DNA of 64,000 nt from Octopus vulgaris (lineage: Eukaryota): NCBI GenBank assembly GCA_951406725.2, contig OX597816.1, positions 89,714,001-89,778,000 on the forward strand. The letters run 5' to 3'. The position numbers were made by a program, and so were the translations under genes. Of this stretch, positions 41,265 through 56,200 are shown piece by piece (position 1 is the first letter of the stretch; every line of letters begins with the position of its first letter). Under the pieces are notes generated by a model. That model made no database searches and was not told where the DNA came from. It saw nothing but the letters and a program-made list of their open reading frames with translations.

Positions 41265-42765
41265 ACTTAGACTTAGATAAACTTAGATATGTTTCGACCA
41301 AAGATTGGTCCAGGCCATGTCTAACTTAATAGCACCACCTGATAGGATTATTCGAATCCTGTTTAAGTGAAGTTTTGTTCAAGTAGTGAGTTCTTGTTGG
41401 GTGAGTTGTATCCAGTTTTGTTCAAGTAGTGAGTTCTTGTTGGGTGAGTTGTATCCAGTTTTGTTCAAGTAGTGAGTTCTTGTTGGGTGAGTTGTATCCA
41501 ATTATGGGTGGCTTATCTGGTATTCTTTGAAGGAATCTATCCAGACTCTGTTTAAAGTTGATGGGATCCTTTTCCTCTTTGATCTCCCTCGGGACAATGT
41601 TAAATAGGGCAGGGCCTGTTGAGGAAAAGAAATTATGTTGCAGTGTACATGTATGTTGTGATCTTGAATTTGGCAGGGGACGTATAGCTCTTGGTCCAAG
41701 CCTTGGATGAACCTTGAAGCTAATGTTTAGGTCGTTTGGGCAAAGTTGGCGGTATATTTTCCACATCGTACAAATGATGTACCGCTCACGGCGACGCTGG
41801 AGGGAGTAAAGTTTTAAGGCTTTAAGGCGATCCCAATAATCGAGAGCAGCCATGCCTTCAATTTGTTTAGTGAGAGCCCTCTGGGGTGACTCAATTCTGG
41901 AGATGTTTTGTCTTGTGTGAGGAGACCACAGTGGGCAGCAGTATTCAAGGTGTGGCCGTACAAAGGAGGGAAAAAGTGGTATGATGACACCTTGTTCTCT
42001 AGACCGGAAAGTTCTTAAGATCCAGGAACTCATCCTACGGGCTATATCGACCTTCTTGTTGATGTGTGCACTCCAACTGAGATCGTCATCAACAATTACA
42101 CCCAGGTCTCTGATATTGTTAGAGGCTGTGAGCGGTTCCCCTGAAGGAAGAGAGTATGGTTGTTTTAGTGAGAAATTTCTTCCAAAATGCATCAGCTCAA
42201 ATTTTCCCTCATTCAGTTGCATTTTGTTTCTGTCTGCCCATTGACTCACAGCATATAGATCAGACTGGAGTTGAGTTCGATCTGCTTCTTCATTGACGAT
42301 TTGCTGGAGCTTAGTGTCATCAGCGAATATTTTCACTTTGCAGTAATGTACGACACTGGAAAGGTCGTTTACGTAAATTATGAAGAGTAGCGGACCCAAA
42401 ACAGTTCCCTGGGGAACACCGCTGGTGCCTTTTGCTGGGTTTGAGTGGACTCCATCAACTACAACATGTTGTGTTCTATTCGCCAGGAAATACTTAATCC
42501 AGTGTAGAACTTTTCCACGGATTCCAACATTTGCCAATTTTGAGAGTAGGATGTTATGGTCTACCCTGTCGAACGCTTTACTGAAGTCAAGATATATGAC
42601 GTAAGAGTTCGAACCTGTTCCCAAGACTTTGAGTACATCTTCAATGTGGTGTAAGAGCTGTGTTAGACAGTCCCTGCCACAGTGAAAGCCATGCTGATTT
42701 GAATTTAGGAGTTTGTGGGTCTCCAGGAAGTCAGCTATCCTTGATCTTAACACTCTTCAAACACT
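41265..42765 (-). mobile_element. CR1-group LINE, 5'-truncated (relative of 37830-39555)
   Basis: ORF 41422..42753: [30 protein letters not shown]; (TCTAAG)-type tail. Confidence 0.92.
41371..41499. repeat. 43-bp tandem triplication at the LINE ORF end
   Basis: agttttgttcaagtagtgagttcttgttgggtgagttgtatcc starting at 41371, 41414 and 41457. Confidence 0.95.
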
Positions 42766-42811
42766 TTAATACATATGTCAATATATATACATATATCTAT
42801 ATACATATATC

Positions 42812-42899
<88 letters not shown>

Positions 42900-42921
42900 C
42901 ATATATCTATATACATATATC

Positions 42922-42967
<46 letters not shown>

Positions 42968-43171
42968 TCTGTATATATCAATATATATATATATATGTCA
43001 ATATATATACATATATATGTATACATGTATCTATATACATATATATATATCAATATATATATATATATATATTTACATATATCGGTATATATCAATATAT
43101 ATATATATATATGTCAGTAGATATACATATATCTATATACATATATCTATATACATATATATATATATATC

Positions 43172-43265
<94 letters not shown>

Positions 43266-43336
43266 ATATATCAATATATATATTATATTAAATTAGAGAC
43301 AAAACCAATATACATCATATATATATATATATATAT

Positions 43337-44330
<994 letters not shown>

Positions 44331-44676
44331 TATATATATATACGAAAATTTAGAGGACTGACCACTAAAAATGGACAACCTATATGCTAAACGTAGACGC
44401 CAAATCGCCATTACCATGAAGAATATGTTCTCAAGAAAAATCTCAGCAAAAAAAAATGTAAAAATAAGAAAGATAAATTAAATATACGAAATAAAACGAT
44501 TTTTAATTTTCGTTTTTTTTTAAATATGCTAAGCCACTGGTTTTAATTGATTAATATCAATTTCTACCCTTATTTAATTTTATATATATATATTTTCCTG
44601 AGCGTCCAATAACACTATACTTGTTCCACGTCCTCGCGTTGTTGTGTTTTCTCTTTGTGCTTTCATGTTTGGATTA

Positions 44677-44798
<122 letters not shown>

Positions 44799-44938
44799 CA
44801 TGCATACATATTTATATATAAATATATATAATACATGCATATATATATATAATAGAAATATCAAAATTACTAAGTCTCTCTAAAGGAGATTACGGCAGCG
44901 TTACTGGATATTAATAGTTATCGCCATACTAATATCAA

Positions 44939-44978
44939 TGCATTGATAAAGGGCAACAACCCTGAAACATGTCTGCAG
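44939..44978 (+). ncRNA. Minimal type I hammerhead, variant C copy 1
   Basis: UGCA-UUGAUAA-AGGGcaacaaCCCU-GAAA-CAUGUC-UGCA. Confidence 0.82.
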
Positions 44979-45298
44979 ATGTCTGACTAGCAAGGTGAAG
45001 CGGCTGACCTCCACTGTTCGAAGGTTTGTAATGGAAGCAGGTTCGTGTGTCAAATAGCTAGCTAGAGGCGATGGCCTCTTGGAGCTAATCAGCAACAGCT
45101 TTAGTCTTATATTTATAGACTACCATATTAGTATGGCGATAACTATTAATATCCAGTAACGCTGTCGTAATCTCCTTTAGAGAGACTTAGTAATTTTAAT
45201 ATTTCTATTATTGAAAACAAGTGGATGTATTCCACTGTAACTAGGTAAATAAAATCTTCGAACAGACGGTCAGTAGCGACACCTGCGGGTCTGACTAC

Positions 45299-45341
45299 GC
45301 TGCATTGATAAAGGGCAACAACCCTGAAACATGTCTGCAGA
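45299..45341 (+). ncRNA. Minimal type I hammerhead, variant C copy 2
   Basis: CUGCA-UUGAUAA-AGGGcaacaaCCCU-GAAA-CAUGUC-UGCAG. Confidence 0.85.
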
Positions 45342-45504
45342 TGTCTGACTAGCAAGGTGAAGCGGCTGACCTCCCCTGTTCGAAGGTTTGTAATGGACGC
45401 AGGTTCGTGTGTCAAATAGCTAGCTAGAGGCGATGGCCCCTTGGAGCTAATCAGCGACAGCTTTAGTCTTATATTTATAGAGTACCATATTAGTATGGCG
45501 ATAA

Positions 45505-45552
<48 letters not shown>

Positions 45553-45559
45553 GCACACA

Positions 45560-46315
45560 CATGAGGGGGTAAACAGAATTAACCGGAAGCACTCTCTGTA
45601 GGACATGCCCGTTGTAGTTCGGGCATTGCCGCTATAAGCCACTTGATACATCCCTCAGGACGCTTGGTGCGTCTTTGTTTTGTAGTGCTTCTCTCCTGTT
45701 CGTCGATGTTTGCGATGGCTGAAACGAAGGAACAGCGTCTTCCGTGAAATTCTGTTTTCTGCTGCGGAAAACGGCCGCCGAAACGGTTGCCATGAGCAGA
45801 ATACATGTTTACGCTTTGAATATGGTCACTTGTCGCTTGAAGATCAACCTCGTTCAGGACGAACGTCGACTGAAAACATGAAAATTCATGAACTGAACTC
45901 GGAGGACCGTCACTGAACAATTGATGAACTTGCTGATATTTTGGTGTCCTGGAGCTCCTGCCAACGAATTTTGAGCGAGGAATTGCAAATGAAAACAGTT
46001 GCATCAAAATCTGTACCTCACTTGCTCACGGAATATCAGAAGCAGTCACGACTGTATGCGTGTCGTGAACTGAAAGAACAGTTGGAAGTTGATCCAGACC
46101 TTTTTCGGAGGTCATCACTAGTGAGGAAAGCTAGTGCTGCGGAATTTGCAAATGTGGAAGAGGTGAAGAAAAAAGCGACGGAGACGTTAAAAGGCATCAC
46201 TTTACAAGAGTTCCAGCACTGCTTCTGGACCGATGCATTGCTTCAAATGAAGAATACTTTGAAGGTGATAAAAGTGTAAACTAAGTGAATGAAATGCCCG
46301 GACTTGTACCTCGGG
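45560..46315 (+). mobile_element. Internally deleted mariner remnant
   Basis: SLEDQPRSGRTS, SKSVPHLLTEYQK, FANVEEVKK. Confidence 0.75.
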
Positions 46316-46374
46316 GGTAACTTTCTAGATACAATCCCATGGTCATTCATGAGCGAAGGAGGTCTTCACCCTTT

Positions 46375-46410
<36 letters not shown>

Positions 46411-46441
46411 CAAAATAAGCAACAAGTATATACAAGGTAGT

Positions 46442-46527
46442 GTAGTACAATTGTTTCATGCTACTTCATTTTATTAAACACTGTAAGTATTACATCAGTT
46501 TTAAAATGTCTAGCAACCTTCAGCCAC
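46442..46527 (-). ncRNA. Type I hammerhead with extended stem II (A9G core variant)
   Basis: GUGG-CUGAAGG-uUGCUA..CAUUUUA..UAAAAUG..UAGCAu-GAAA-CAAUUGUA-CUAC; palindromic stem III acaattgt. Confidence 0.65.
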
Positions 46528-46566
46528 TTATCGAATTTTCCAATTAAACGGACAATGCACATTCTT

Positions 46567-46736
46567 ATCCCTATTTCATTTGCCAACATTATAAAGAGGG
46601 TAGATATATAGACAGAGAGGTTGATTTCATATACAGACGGAGAGTAAACATACTACTATCATGTTCTTAAGAACGAAATCAACCTCTCTGTCTATATATC
46701 TACCCTCTTTATAATGTTGGCAAATGAAATAGGGAT
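46567..46736. repeat. Perfect 62-bp inverted repeat with 46-nt spacer
   Basis: 46567-46628 is the reverse complement of 46675-46736. Confidence 0.95.
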
Positions 46737-46949
46737 TAAATGTGCTTACTTCAATATATGCAGCAAAGTTATCAGCGAGAGATATGCGCTTAATGTTTTT
46801 TGGAAACGTTTTCAATATGGAATGTATTTGAGAAAGATAAACCCTCATTTCTTCTTCGATGCAACGGAGCTCTCTCTTTTTAGGATCTGATGCTATTGGG
46901 GGTTGAAAATCCCAACTCAAATAAATACGATGTGGAATTTTTATGAAGA

Positions 46950-47780
46950 AATTTCGAACCCAATCATACTCTTCTGTGTTCAATGACAGAAAATAGATGT
47001 TAATTTTTTCTTCTAGATTTGTTCAAATACAATAGGAGTCATTTCTTTTATGCAGCTTTTACGTATTAAGGGAAACATTTCTTAGTTACCACCTTCAGCT
47101 CTATTTTCCCAAATTACAACTTTCTTTCTAGATGAAACCAGCTTATCTGATGAAGTGATAATGTTTTCATCTCTACTTTGACTACTGGTGTTGATGCTAA
47201 AGTTGTGCAAATATCTCTGTTAAATATTCCAGCTTGGAAAACTAAAATTCTCAGTGGAGTTATTCCAAGAAGCGTTCGTGTTTTTCTTCTTTAAAAATGC
47301 TTGCAATTCCTTCTGAAGTTCTGAGAGTCATCTGACTTTTGTGTGTAAAAGTAAGCGCTTGTGCAGAGAATCAAAATCAACACAAATTCATTCAAATAAA
47401 CGACAAATAAACGACAAATAAACGAATTTCCTTCTCCATTCCCTTATGGAGTTTGCTAATATTATTATAGGAATAATCTTCCCTAATCACAAATGTTAAC
47501 AAACTAAAGCAGTGTTTCCCCAACTTTTTTTACTCACGGCGCACCTTACAATAAGTCAAAATGTTTTGGCGCATTTCAACAGTTTGGCTTAATACTTGCT
47601 TTAACTCAACTGGTATTGTTTTTGAAGCTAGTACCTTCCTGTGTTGGAAGCAATGATTACGTATAACATTAGAATTTTGTTGTTTTACGAGAGATACAAA
47701 ACCTTTAATAGAGCCTGTCATAGATGGTACCCCATCAGTACATATTCCAACATGTGAATTCAAGGGTTAATTCCATTTTT
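46950..47780 (-). mobile_element. hAT (Buster/Charlie-like) transposase remnant
   Basis: VGICTDGVPSMTG, HCFQHRKVLASK, LLHTKVR, EYDWVRNF. Confidence 0.8.
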
Positions 47781-50733
47781 CCTTCGAATATGCAATAAAT
47801 ACCGATAAATTTGGGCTGTAACCATATACACCCACTTTATAGTTTGATAGTTCCCACACATGTATTTCAGTTTTATTACATTTAATGCACCATCTGTGCT
47901 CGATATACATATTGATTATATTTGGTATTCCATGTTATAAAAGGTCTGGTTTTCGGAATTTGCAGCATAATTCGCCAAGATGAAGAATCTATCGTTTATT
48001 GCAGCTGTTGCTGGTACGTATCACCGTTTTCATACTTTCTTGAGTAGTGACTTTGTCTCATCTTTTCTCCTCCACTTCTCTCTATCTCTAAATTATATTT
48101 CCACTACAGTAAATTTGAACTTCCCAGGAGAATCAAAAACTATTAGAAAAAGTCCAGTTACATCTCAAGATGAGAAAGAAAGAAAGAAATACTCCTTTGA
48201 TCTTAATTAATATATCTACTCAACATAATATTTCCCCTCATTATTGATAACCTAATTCCGTCTATTTACAAACTGTCGATCACTCGAGCAGAAAATCCTT
48301 CAGTTTTTAAGCAAAGAAACTCTCAACAACATCTTTAACCTCTTCACAATTTATAAACAGTTTTCCATCTAAATAATGTTACAATAATCTGAAAAGATGA
48401 TTGTCAGAAGGAGTATGGTCAGGAGCGTTAGGAGGATGTGGCAAAAGTTCAATATTTAGTGCCATTACCTTTCCCTGATGTAAGAACAACACCCCTTTAC
48501 GACTGAGCAATGACGGGTGCTTTTACTGCAAATTTTTGTGCAATGCTTTCGTTTACGACAATACTTTGCATTAACTGTTTCGTTTTGGTTTAACACTTTA
48601 AAATAGATGACCACCCTTCATCTACCACTAAATACAAAGCATAATATTTTCGGGAATACTCTTGGTTCGGAGATGGATTCTTCTTTCTCCTTGGGTGCTA
48701 ACCATTGTCATTTTTGTTGAATATAGTTATAAAAAACCTATGATCACCATTTGTTATGATTCTACCAGGAAATATTCAGCAGCAAGTCTACTCTTTAACG
48801 ACGAGCATAGGGAAACTCTATGATTATGCTGAGCGGCAATCCGATGATAGGGTCGCAGCAGCCAAGTTTAGATACTTTTCTTACTTAGTCCATTAAGGTA
48901 TTTTATGATTTAAGAGTGATTTGAATTGAATTGTTTTGGTAACACTCATGCAGTTTGGTTGGGATTTTCCTCAACTACGGTTTTTAAACAGAACAACAGA
49001 AAAAAAATCTCGAGTGAAACTAACGAAACTATTATTGACATTTCCGGACAAAGCTTAATTTTTACAGACAGAACAAATATTTCTAGTGACTTCCATTGCA
49101 GCAGAGCCTTTTTCGAATTTATACCGTAAGCAGTTTCTAACATGTGCAAAATCTAATCTAAAGTAATTTTAAAAGGGGTAAAAACGATACGAAAAAAAAG
49201 AACACTATGGTACAATCGACAAACAAACAAAAATAAAAGAAAAAGAAAAACATTGGAATGTAAAAATTAAAGCTTATTAAACAGTAAGTATTGCAAACGT
49301 ACCCTCGAACTGATCATGTCAAAATTGTGACAGAACTTTCTTTCTAACCTAACATATATCGGTTCTTTAACAGAATCAATTAAATCACTTACAATATATT
49401 ATCCTTGTAATTTTTTAAATAACCAAACAAAATCGTTACGATTTTAATTTAATCTAATAAATAATATTCTTTATTTGTAGTAATTGCGACTCTATGTCTG
49501 GGCATAGCGGGAAATCCATGTAAGTAAAGTTTAATACACCGTCAATATGCTCTCTCTCTCTCCCTCCCTCTCCCTCTTTCTCTCTCATATATATAGGGTG
49601 GTGGTAATGGGGCTCAACGAGGATCCGTTTCTGCATTTTTGACTTTGAGGCAAAATGTATTTTCTACAAATGTTCACTACATTACAAAAACTATATTAGG
49701 TAAGGAAATGGCCTTCACTAAATGCATTAAAAGCATTATAACACGATCTCATCACTATTTTAGAAAATTATCGCCATTCTCTTTGAGTATATAAAAGACA
49801 ACTTTGGCCGGGGCAAAACGAGTAAGCCATGATAAGGTAAAGATAAATTCTCCAGAAAAGAGGCTCATACACATCCCTATCTAACCCTAGACACAAGAAA
49901 GATCAGAAATGTAAGAAAAAAGTTAAATAAAAAAAGATCAGGCGAAAATGGCACGTGATATGAAATTAAAGAAACTCGACTAAAAACAAAACCCAACTCA
50001 ACATAAAATATTCGCTGTAGCTTCATCACGATATGCTGGAGTGTCTTCTTCCTGATATATTTACACACCATGCAGTACTTATCGACTATTGAAATTAGCC
50101 GATAATTACTCATCTTAGACATCACTGTTGAAACTTTAAAATGATTAAATTAGATATTAGTGTGGAAAAAATTGACTTGGAATCCAACAGGGAAAAGAAT
50201 ATGGATTGTTAAGCACCAAAAACTATCCAGGTATTTTATTAGCAACCTCAGTTGCGATCGGGTCAAAATTAAGGAAAGTTTTCTTAAGATAAAAGGGACC
50301 TGCTATCTGACTATGTTCTGAACGCTTTCAACTTCAACAACAACAACAGCTGTGCTGACCCATTTTTACTCCTAAAAATGATCCAGCAGTAGAAAATAGT
50401 AATGCTATACTTGCAATGTAATGATTTTCAAACATGTAAGGAGAAAATGAGGAATCAAAAGTTACTCATTTTGCTCCCCACTACATATATACACATACAT
50501 ATGTATTTTGTTTCTTGCTCTAATCTATGGCTTTTAATGAATCAGTTTTGAATATAATATTATCAATTGTGTTTCTTTTTGGACAGACCAAAGGCCACTC
50601 TAAGTAATTTTAAACCTTCCTCTCCGTCTGCTTACCTGTCAATCAATCAAAGTATTTCTATCGCTACATCTATGTCTTAGCCTTTTTGTGGTCATCAACG
50701 ATATGCTTCAAATTGCTAATGTTAAATTCGATA

Positions 50734-50783
<50 letters not shown>

Positions 50784-50943
50784 CGTTTGATACGTTTCTG
50801 GATAGCTTACTTGATTGATTGAGTCTAGTTTCAGCTTATGAGCTGTGGCCATGCTGGGGCACCGCCATTTATGATAATATATTTAGCTTTATAGATTATG
50901 TCGCCATCCATTAATAATAATTACGATGATGATGATGATGAGG

Positions 50944-51068
<125 letters not shown>

Positions 51069-51430
51069 TATAATAATAATAAATTTGAAATGAGAAGAAT
51101 TTGGAGCATGCGAACAGTAAAAGTCCTGCGTATAATAATTAGTGCGTTGGGAATAGTAAGTCAAGATATAGACAAATGGCTGAAGGATATTAAAATAGAA
51201 TGCTCGATAGAGCTCCTATAGAACGTTTGCATCTTAGGGACAGCAAGGGTTATAAGAAGATTCCTAAGCAATTGAAAGACTACTGAAAACTTGTGAATAA
51301 TTCTGCATGGCCATGTACGTGGAACAAAAATTTAGTGGATATCTAACGTTACAGATAGTAACCCGTCATACACATAAATACTACCAAGAATAAGACCAAA
51401 CCTGTGCCAAACCGAAATAATAATAATAAT

Positions 51431-51484
<54 letters not shown>

Positions 51485-53041
51485 AATAATAATAATCCTT
51501 TCTACAATAGGCACAAGTCCAGAAATTTGAGATAGGATGTAGTCGATTACATCGACCCTAGTGTTTGAACTCAGAAGGTTGACGAAATACCACTAAGCGT
51601 TTCGCCCGACGTGCTAACGATTCTCCCAGATCGCCGCCTTTAGTGATAACAACAACAACAACAACAACAATAATAATATTAATAATAATAATTATTATTA
51701 TTACTATCATTTTTATTATTGGTGTGGGGTGGTATAGAGTAGGAATTATAAAATGGCAAAAGAGAGAAGTGAAGAAAATGGATACTAAGACAAGAAAAAT
51801 GTTGACAGCATGTGGAGTCTTCTACCTTAAGAGTGGCACCGATAGGCTGTACTTGTCCAGAAGAAAGAGTGGGAGAGGTTTGATCATTTTCCGGGACTGT
51901 ATTGAAGCAGAGGAAAACAGATTAGTGTAGTATATAAAATGTGCCGTGGAACCACTGTTGAAACACATGAAGAAGGTCAGCGTCCTCAAATCTAAAAAAT
52001 GTGTAACGAAAGAAAAATTTAAACAAGAAATGAACAAAACAAAAGCATGGAAAGAAAAGAAAATGTAAGAGATATGCGGGCCAAAACAGTTGCAGTGGAC
52101 CGTTGGTTATGGATGAGGATGAGTAACCTGAAGCTAGAGACAGAAGTACTCATATGTGCAGCTCAAGAATAAACTTTAAGGACCAGCTATATGAAGTGCA
52201 GAATCGACAGTACTGCCGATAGCGACAAAAGCAGAATGGATGGTGTGAGAAGTGAAACGGTATGCCACATCGTTTAGTGGATACCCAAAATTGGGCACAA
52301 CAGGAATACAAAAGACGCCATGACATGTAGCAAGAATGATCTATGGGAAGATCTGTGGAAATCACGGCCTACAAAGAGCAAAGACGTGCTATGAGTAAAG
52401 TCTAGAAGGAGTCACCGAATATGATAATTGTAAAATCTTGTGGGATGCAAAGATCCAGTGCGATCACCCGACACCGGACATTGTTGTGGTGAATAAAAAA
52501 GAAAGGACATGTATGATAATCAACATAGCATACCCGGTGATAACAGGATCAATGTGAAAGAAGAAGAAAAAATAAACAACTATGAGGATTTAAAGTGGGA
52601 AATACTAAGGTTGCGGTCAATGAAGAGAGTAGTCGTGATACCAATAGTAATTGGTGCACTTGGAAGTATCAGCACTCAAATACCAACATAGCTGAAAAAG
52701 AACTATATCCGTCAATGTTTCTCCAAAAGAAACGGAGAAACATTCAAAATAAAAAGATCTGCAAATGGAGGTAACTCGAATGTGGAGTCTAAAAACAGAA
52801 ACAATTCCTATCAAAGTAGGCGCATTAGGTATGATAAAAAAATATTCTGACAAATACATAAAACGACTAACAAGTATATATAACATACAGAAAATAGCAC
52901 TACTAGGCACCGCACACATCCTACGTAAAACACTTTCAATGCTGTAAAAATAAAAGCATTACAATAAAGCACAGCACATACTCAAGGCACACAGATCTGC
53001 GCCTGGTAGTGCAGTGAAAGCACGTGATAAAAATAAGACTA

Positions 53042-53116
<75 letters not shown>

Positions 53117-53120
<4 letters not shown>

Positions 53121-53248
53121 CCGGGAGACGTTTAAGAGAACACCGGGAGACGTTTAAGAGAACACCGGGAGACGTTTAAGAGAACACCGGGGGACGTTTA
53201 AGAGAACACCGGGGGACGTTTAAGAGGAACACCGGGGGACGTTTAAGA
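53117..53248 (+). repeat. Six tandem 22-bp units at the LINE 5' end
   Basis: aacaccggg(a/g)gacgtttaagag x6. Confidence 0.95.
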
Positions 53249-56200
53249 TGTAAGAACGATAAAACAGAGCTCCGGAATCTATCCACAAACATCGAAAACA
53301 AAGACATCGTATGGAGCCAAAAGTTTACTAACAAAGGATTGGACTATATCCGAGTAAGTAATACTCATTGAAATTTATTACTATTTTCGAAACGAAATGA
53401 TGTATTTTAACTCGATATCATCTCCACCTCTAACACAACACATGTAAACATGCGTGAAACATTACGATCCATCAACACCAGATCATCCCCGACCCCAAAC
53501 ACCATGTACAAAAAAACTACGAAGAAATTAAATACCACCGATATTATTCAACCCAAGAATAACAATCGGGAAGTACGTTCTTTAAACTTACAACACAAAA
53601 TGTACGAAAAACTACACGTGCAAAACAATGTGACAACAGAAATGAACGGACCGGTACCCTACGAAAATGACGACCGTCAAAATAATGGGCCGGACGTTGT
53701 TCCTCATGTCCCGCAAATAAAACCCAAAAGACATAAATGGACACGTGAGGAATACATTTCTATCCTACACGAATACTTCACAGCAGTGCTCTACCCAAAA
53801 AATGAAAACACAACACATACATATAAAATATGGAAGGAAAATAACATAAATATAGACTTGGATACAGCAATGAACCCTAATAAACTAGCTAACGTACGAA
53901 GATACATTCTCAACGCAAAAAAATATCAGAAATAGAAATAGAACATCTAAAAGAAAAAAATACACCAGGAAAATGTAGATAGAAGCCACACAACAATGCC
54001 CAATAATACAAACACTGAAACAGTAAAACATGAAGACAAACGTAACATTCCTAACAAACACGATGTAAACAAAAAGCAACAAACCCAAACCGTAAGGATG
54101 CATAATAATACACGACAAACAACAAGCCAAAACACGGCAAACAAACATATAAATAAGAAAGAAAGCGACACAAATCTAAAACCTGGAAACAACGAAGGGG
54201 AGCCTAATGATTATGATAATATAAAAAGTAAAATAATCGAAGAACTGAAAACCACAGTGCTCAAAATGGACCACCGACCATACCTCCCAAAAAGCAAAAT
54301 AGACGAAACAACAACAATTATAAACAGCATAAACCTAGCCGTCACGGAACTAATAGCCACTGAAACAAAAAGCGATATCACTGAGCTAAATGACTTAGTA
54401 TACGCAGCAGTCACTGCAGCCACAAAAGAAGCTGGATACTCACTCAAACCCATCCAAACAGGAGTACCACCACCCAAACAAACCCTGTGGATAAATAACA
54501 ACCAAAACAAAATACAAAAAATGAGAAAATATCTGTCGATTCTTAATGAAATCAGTAGACAATCAACGCTACTGAGCAACAAAAAGTAAACAAAAATACT
54601 CCGCAAATATAACATCACAGAAAAAGATTTACCTGAGATAAAAGAAAAACTGAAGCAAGATATCCTTGCCAAAGCACAAAGGATCCGCCGGTTCGAGAAA
54701 CGCCAGCGCTTCTTTGAACAAAACAAAAAGTTCAACTCCAACCCCAAAAAGTTCTACCAAGAACTGGAAAAAAATAAAATAGAAATCACTGCAGCACCAA
54801 CGGCAGAAGAAGTGGAAATATTCTGGAGAGAAATATGGTCGGCGAACGAATAACCAAAGAAGGGGGTTTAAAACAACAAACTCAGCATCTAAGCAACTTT
54901 GGACCCCCATAACAACTGAAGAAGTCACCCAGGCACTGCAAAGACTAAGCAACTGGAAGGCACCTAGGCATGACAAGATCCCCAACTTCTGGTTGAAATA
55001 TCTTACAGGAATGCACAAAAAGCTGGCTGAAAACTTTAACAACATACTAGCAGAGCCAGAGACAATGCCTGAATGGCTCACGAAAGGGAAAATCATCTTA
55101 ATTCACAAATCAAATGAGACAGCAAAACCAGAAAACTACAGACCAATAACCTGTCTCCCTACAATGTACAAGGCATTTACTGCAGTGATATCGCAAAGGT
55201 TGAACAAGCACCTGGACGAAAACAACCTGTTTCCAGAAGAGCAGAAAGGATGCCGCAAAGGCTCATATGGCTGTAAAGATCAACTAATGATTAATAAAGA
55301 CATAACTGAAGACAGCCACAGAGAGAAGAAAGGTCACAGTATGGCCTGGATCGACTACAAAAAGGCGTTTGATAGCATCCCCCATACATGGATCCTCGAA
55401 ACACTAGCCATTAACAAAGTAGCACCAACAATTATAAAATTCATAGGACACTCTATGAATAAATGGCAAACAGTGCTACAGCTCCAAACAAAAGAGGGAC
55501 TCATGAAAACCAAAGACATCCCCATTAGAAGAGGAATATTCCAGGGAGACACGCTCTCTCTACTCCTTTTCTGCTTTGCACTGTCACCTCTATCTGATAT
55601 GCTAAATAGAACTGGATGCGGATATAAATGTTACGGCAAAATGATCAGCCACCTTTTATATATGGATGACCTAAAACTATACGCTGCAAATGACAAACAG
55701 CTGGAAGCACTATTAATGACAGTTCATGGATTTACCAAAGAAATAGATGTGAAATTTGGATTAGAGAAATGCGCCAAAGTAACCCTGAAAAGAGGAAAAC
55801 TAGTTCAGAGTAGCAACATCACGCTAGATAAAACCAATGAAATAAAAGAATTAGACCAAAGCCAAACTTACAAATACTTAGGAATCCATGAACTAGATAA
55901 GACACAACACACACAAATGAAAGAGAAAATGAAAAAAAAGAATATTATAGACGAGTTAGATCAATACTGAAAACAGAGCTCAATGCTAAAAACAAGATAA
56001 TAGGTATCAACACTTTAGCCGTCCCAGTTATAAGTTACAGCTAGAATATCCTTAACTGGACACTAAATGAACTGACCAAAATAGATAGGAAAACAAGAAA
56101 AATAATGACAGGATCTAGGATGCATCACCCAAAATCTGACATAGAAAGGCTAAATATACAACGTATAGAAGGTGGTAGAGGCCTTATACAGCTGGAAAAC

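Larger units (their letters stand above)
44848..45508 (+). mobile_element. Retrozyme-like variant C: ~1.6 tandem 362-nt units plus an inverted 5' piece, in (TA)n
   Basis: cattgataaaggg at 44941 and 45303; 44848-44935 is the reverse complement of ~45126-45210. Confidence 0.82.

Noticed and set aside
53117-53248. CRISPR-like array
   Set aside because: Contiguous tandem units with no unique spacers, no cas genes, eukaryotic context.
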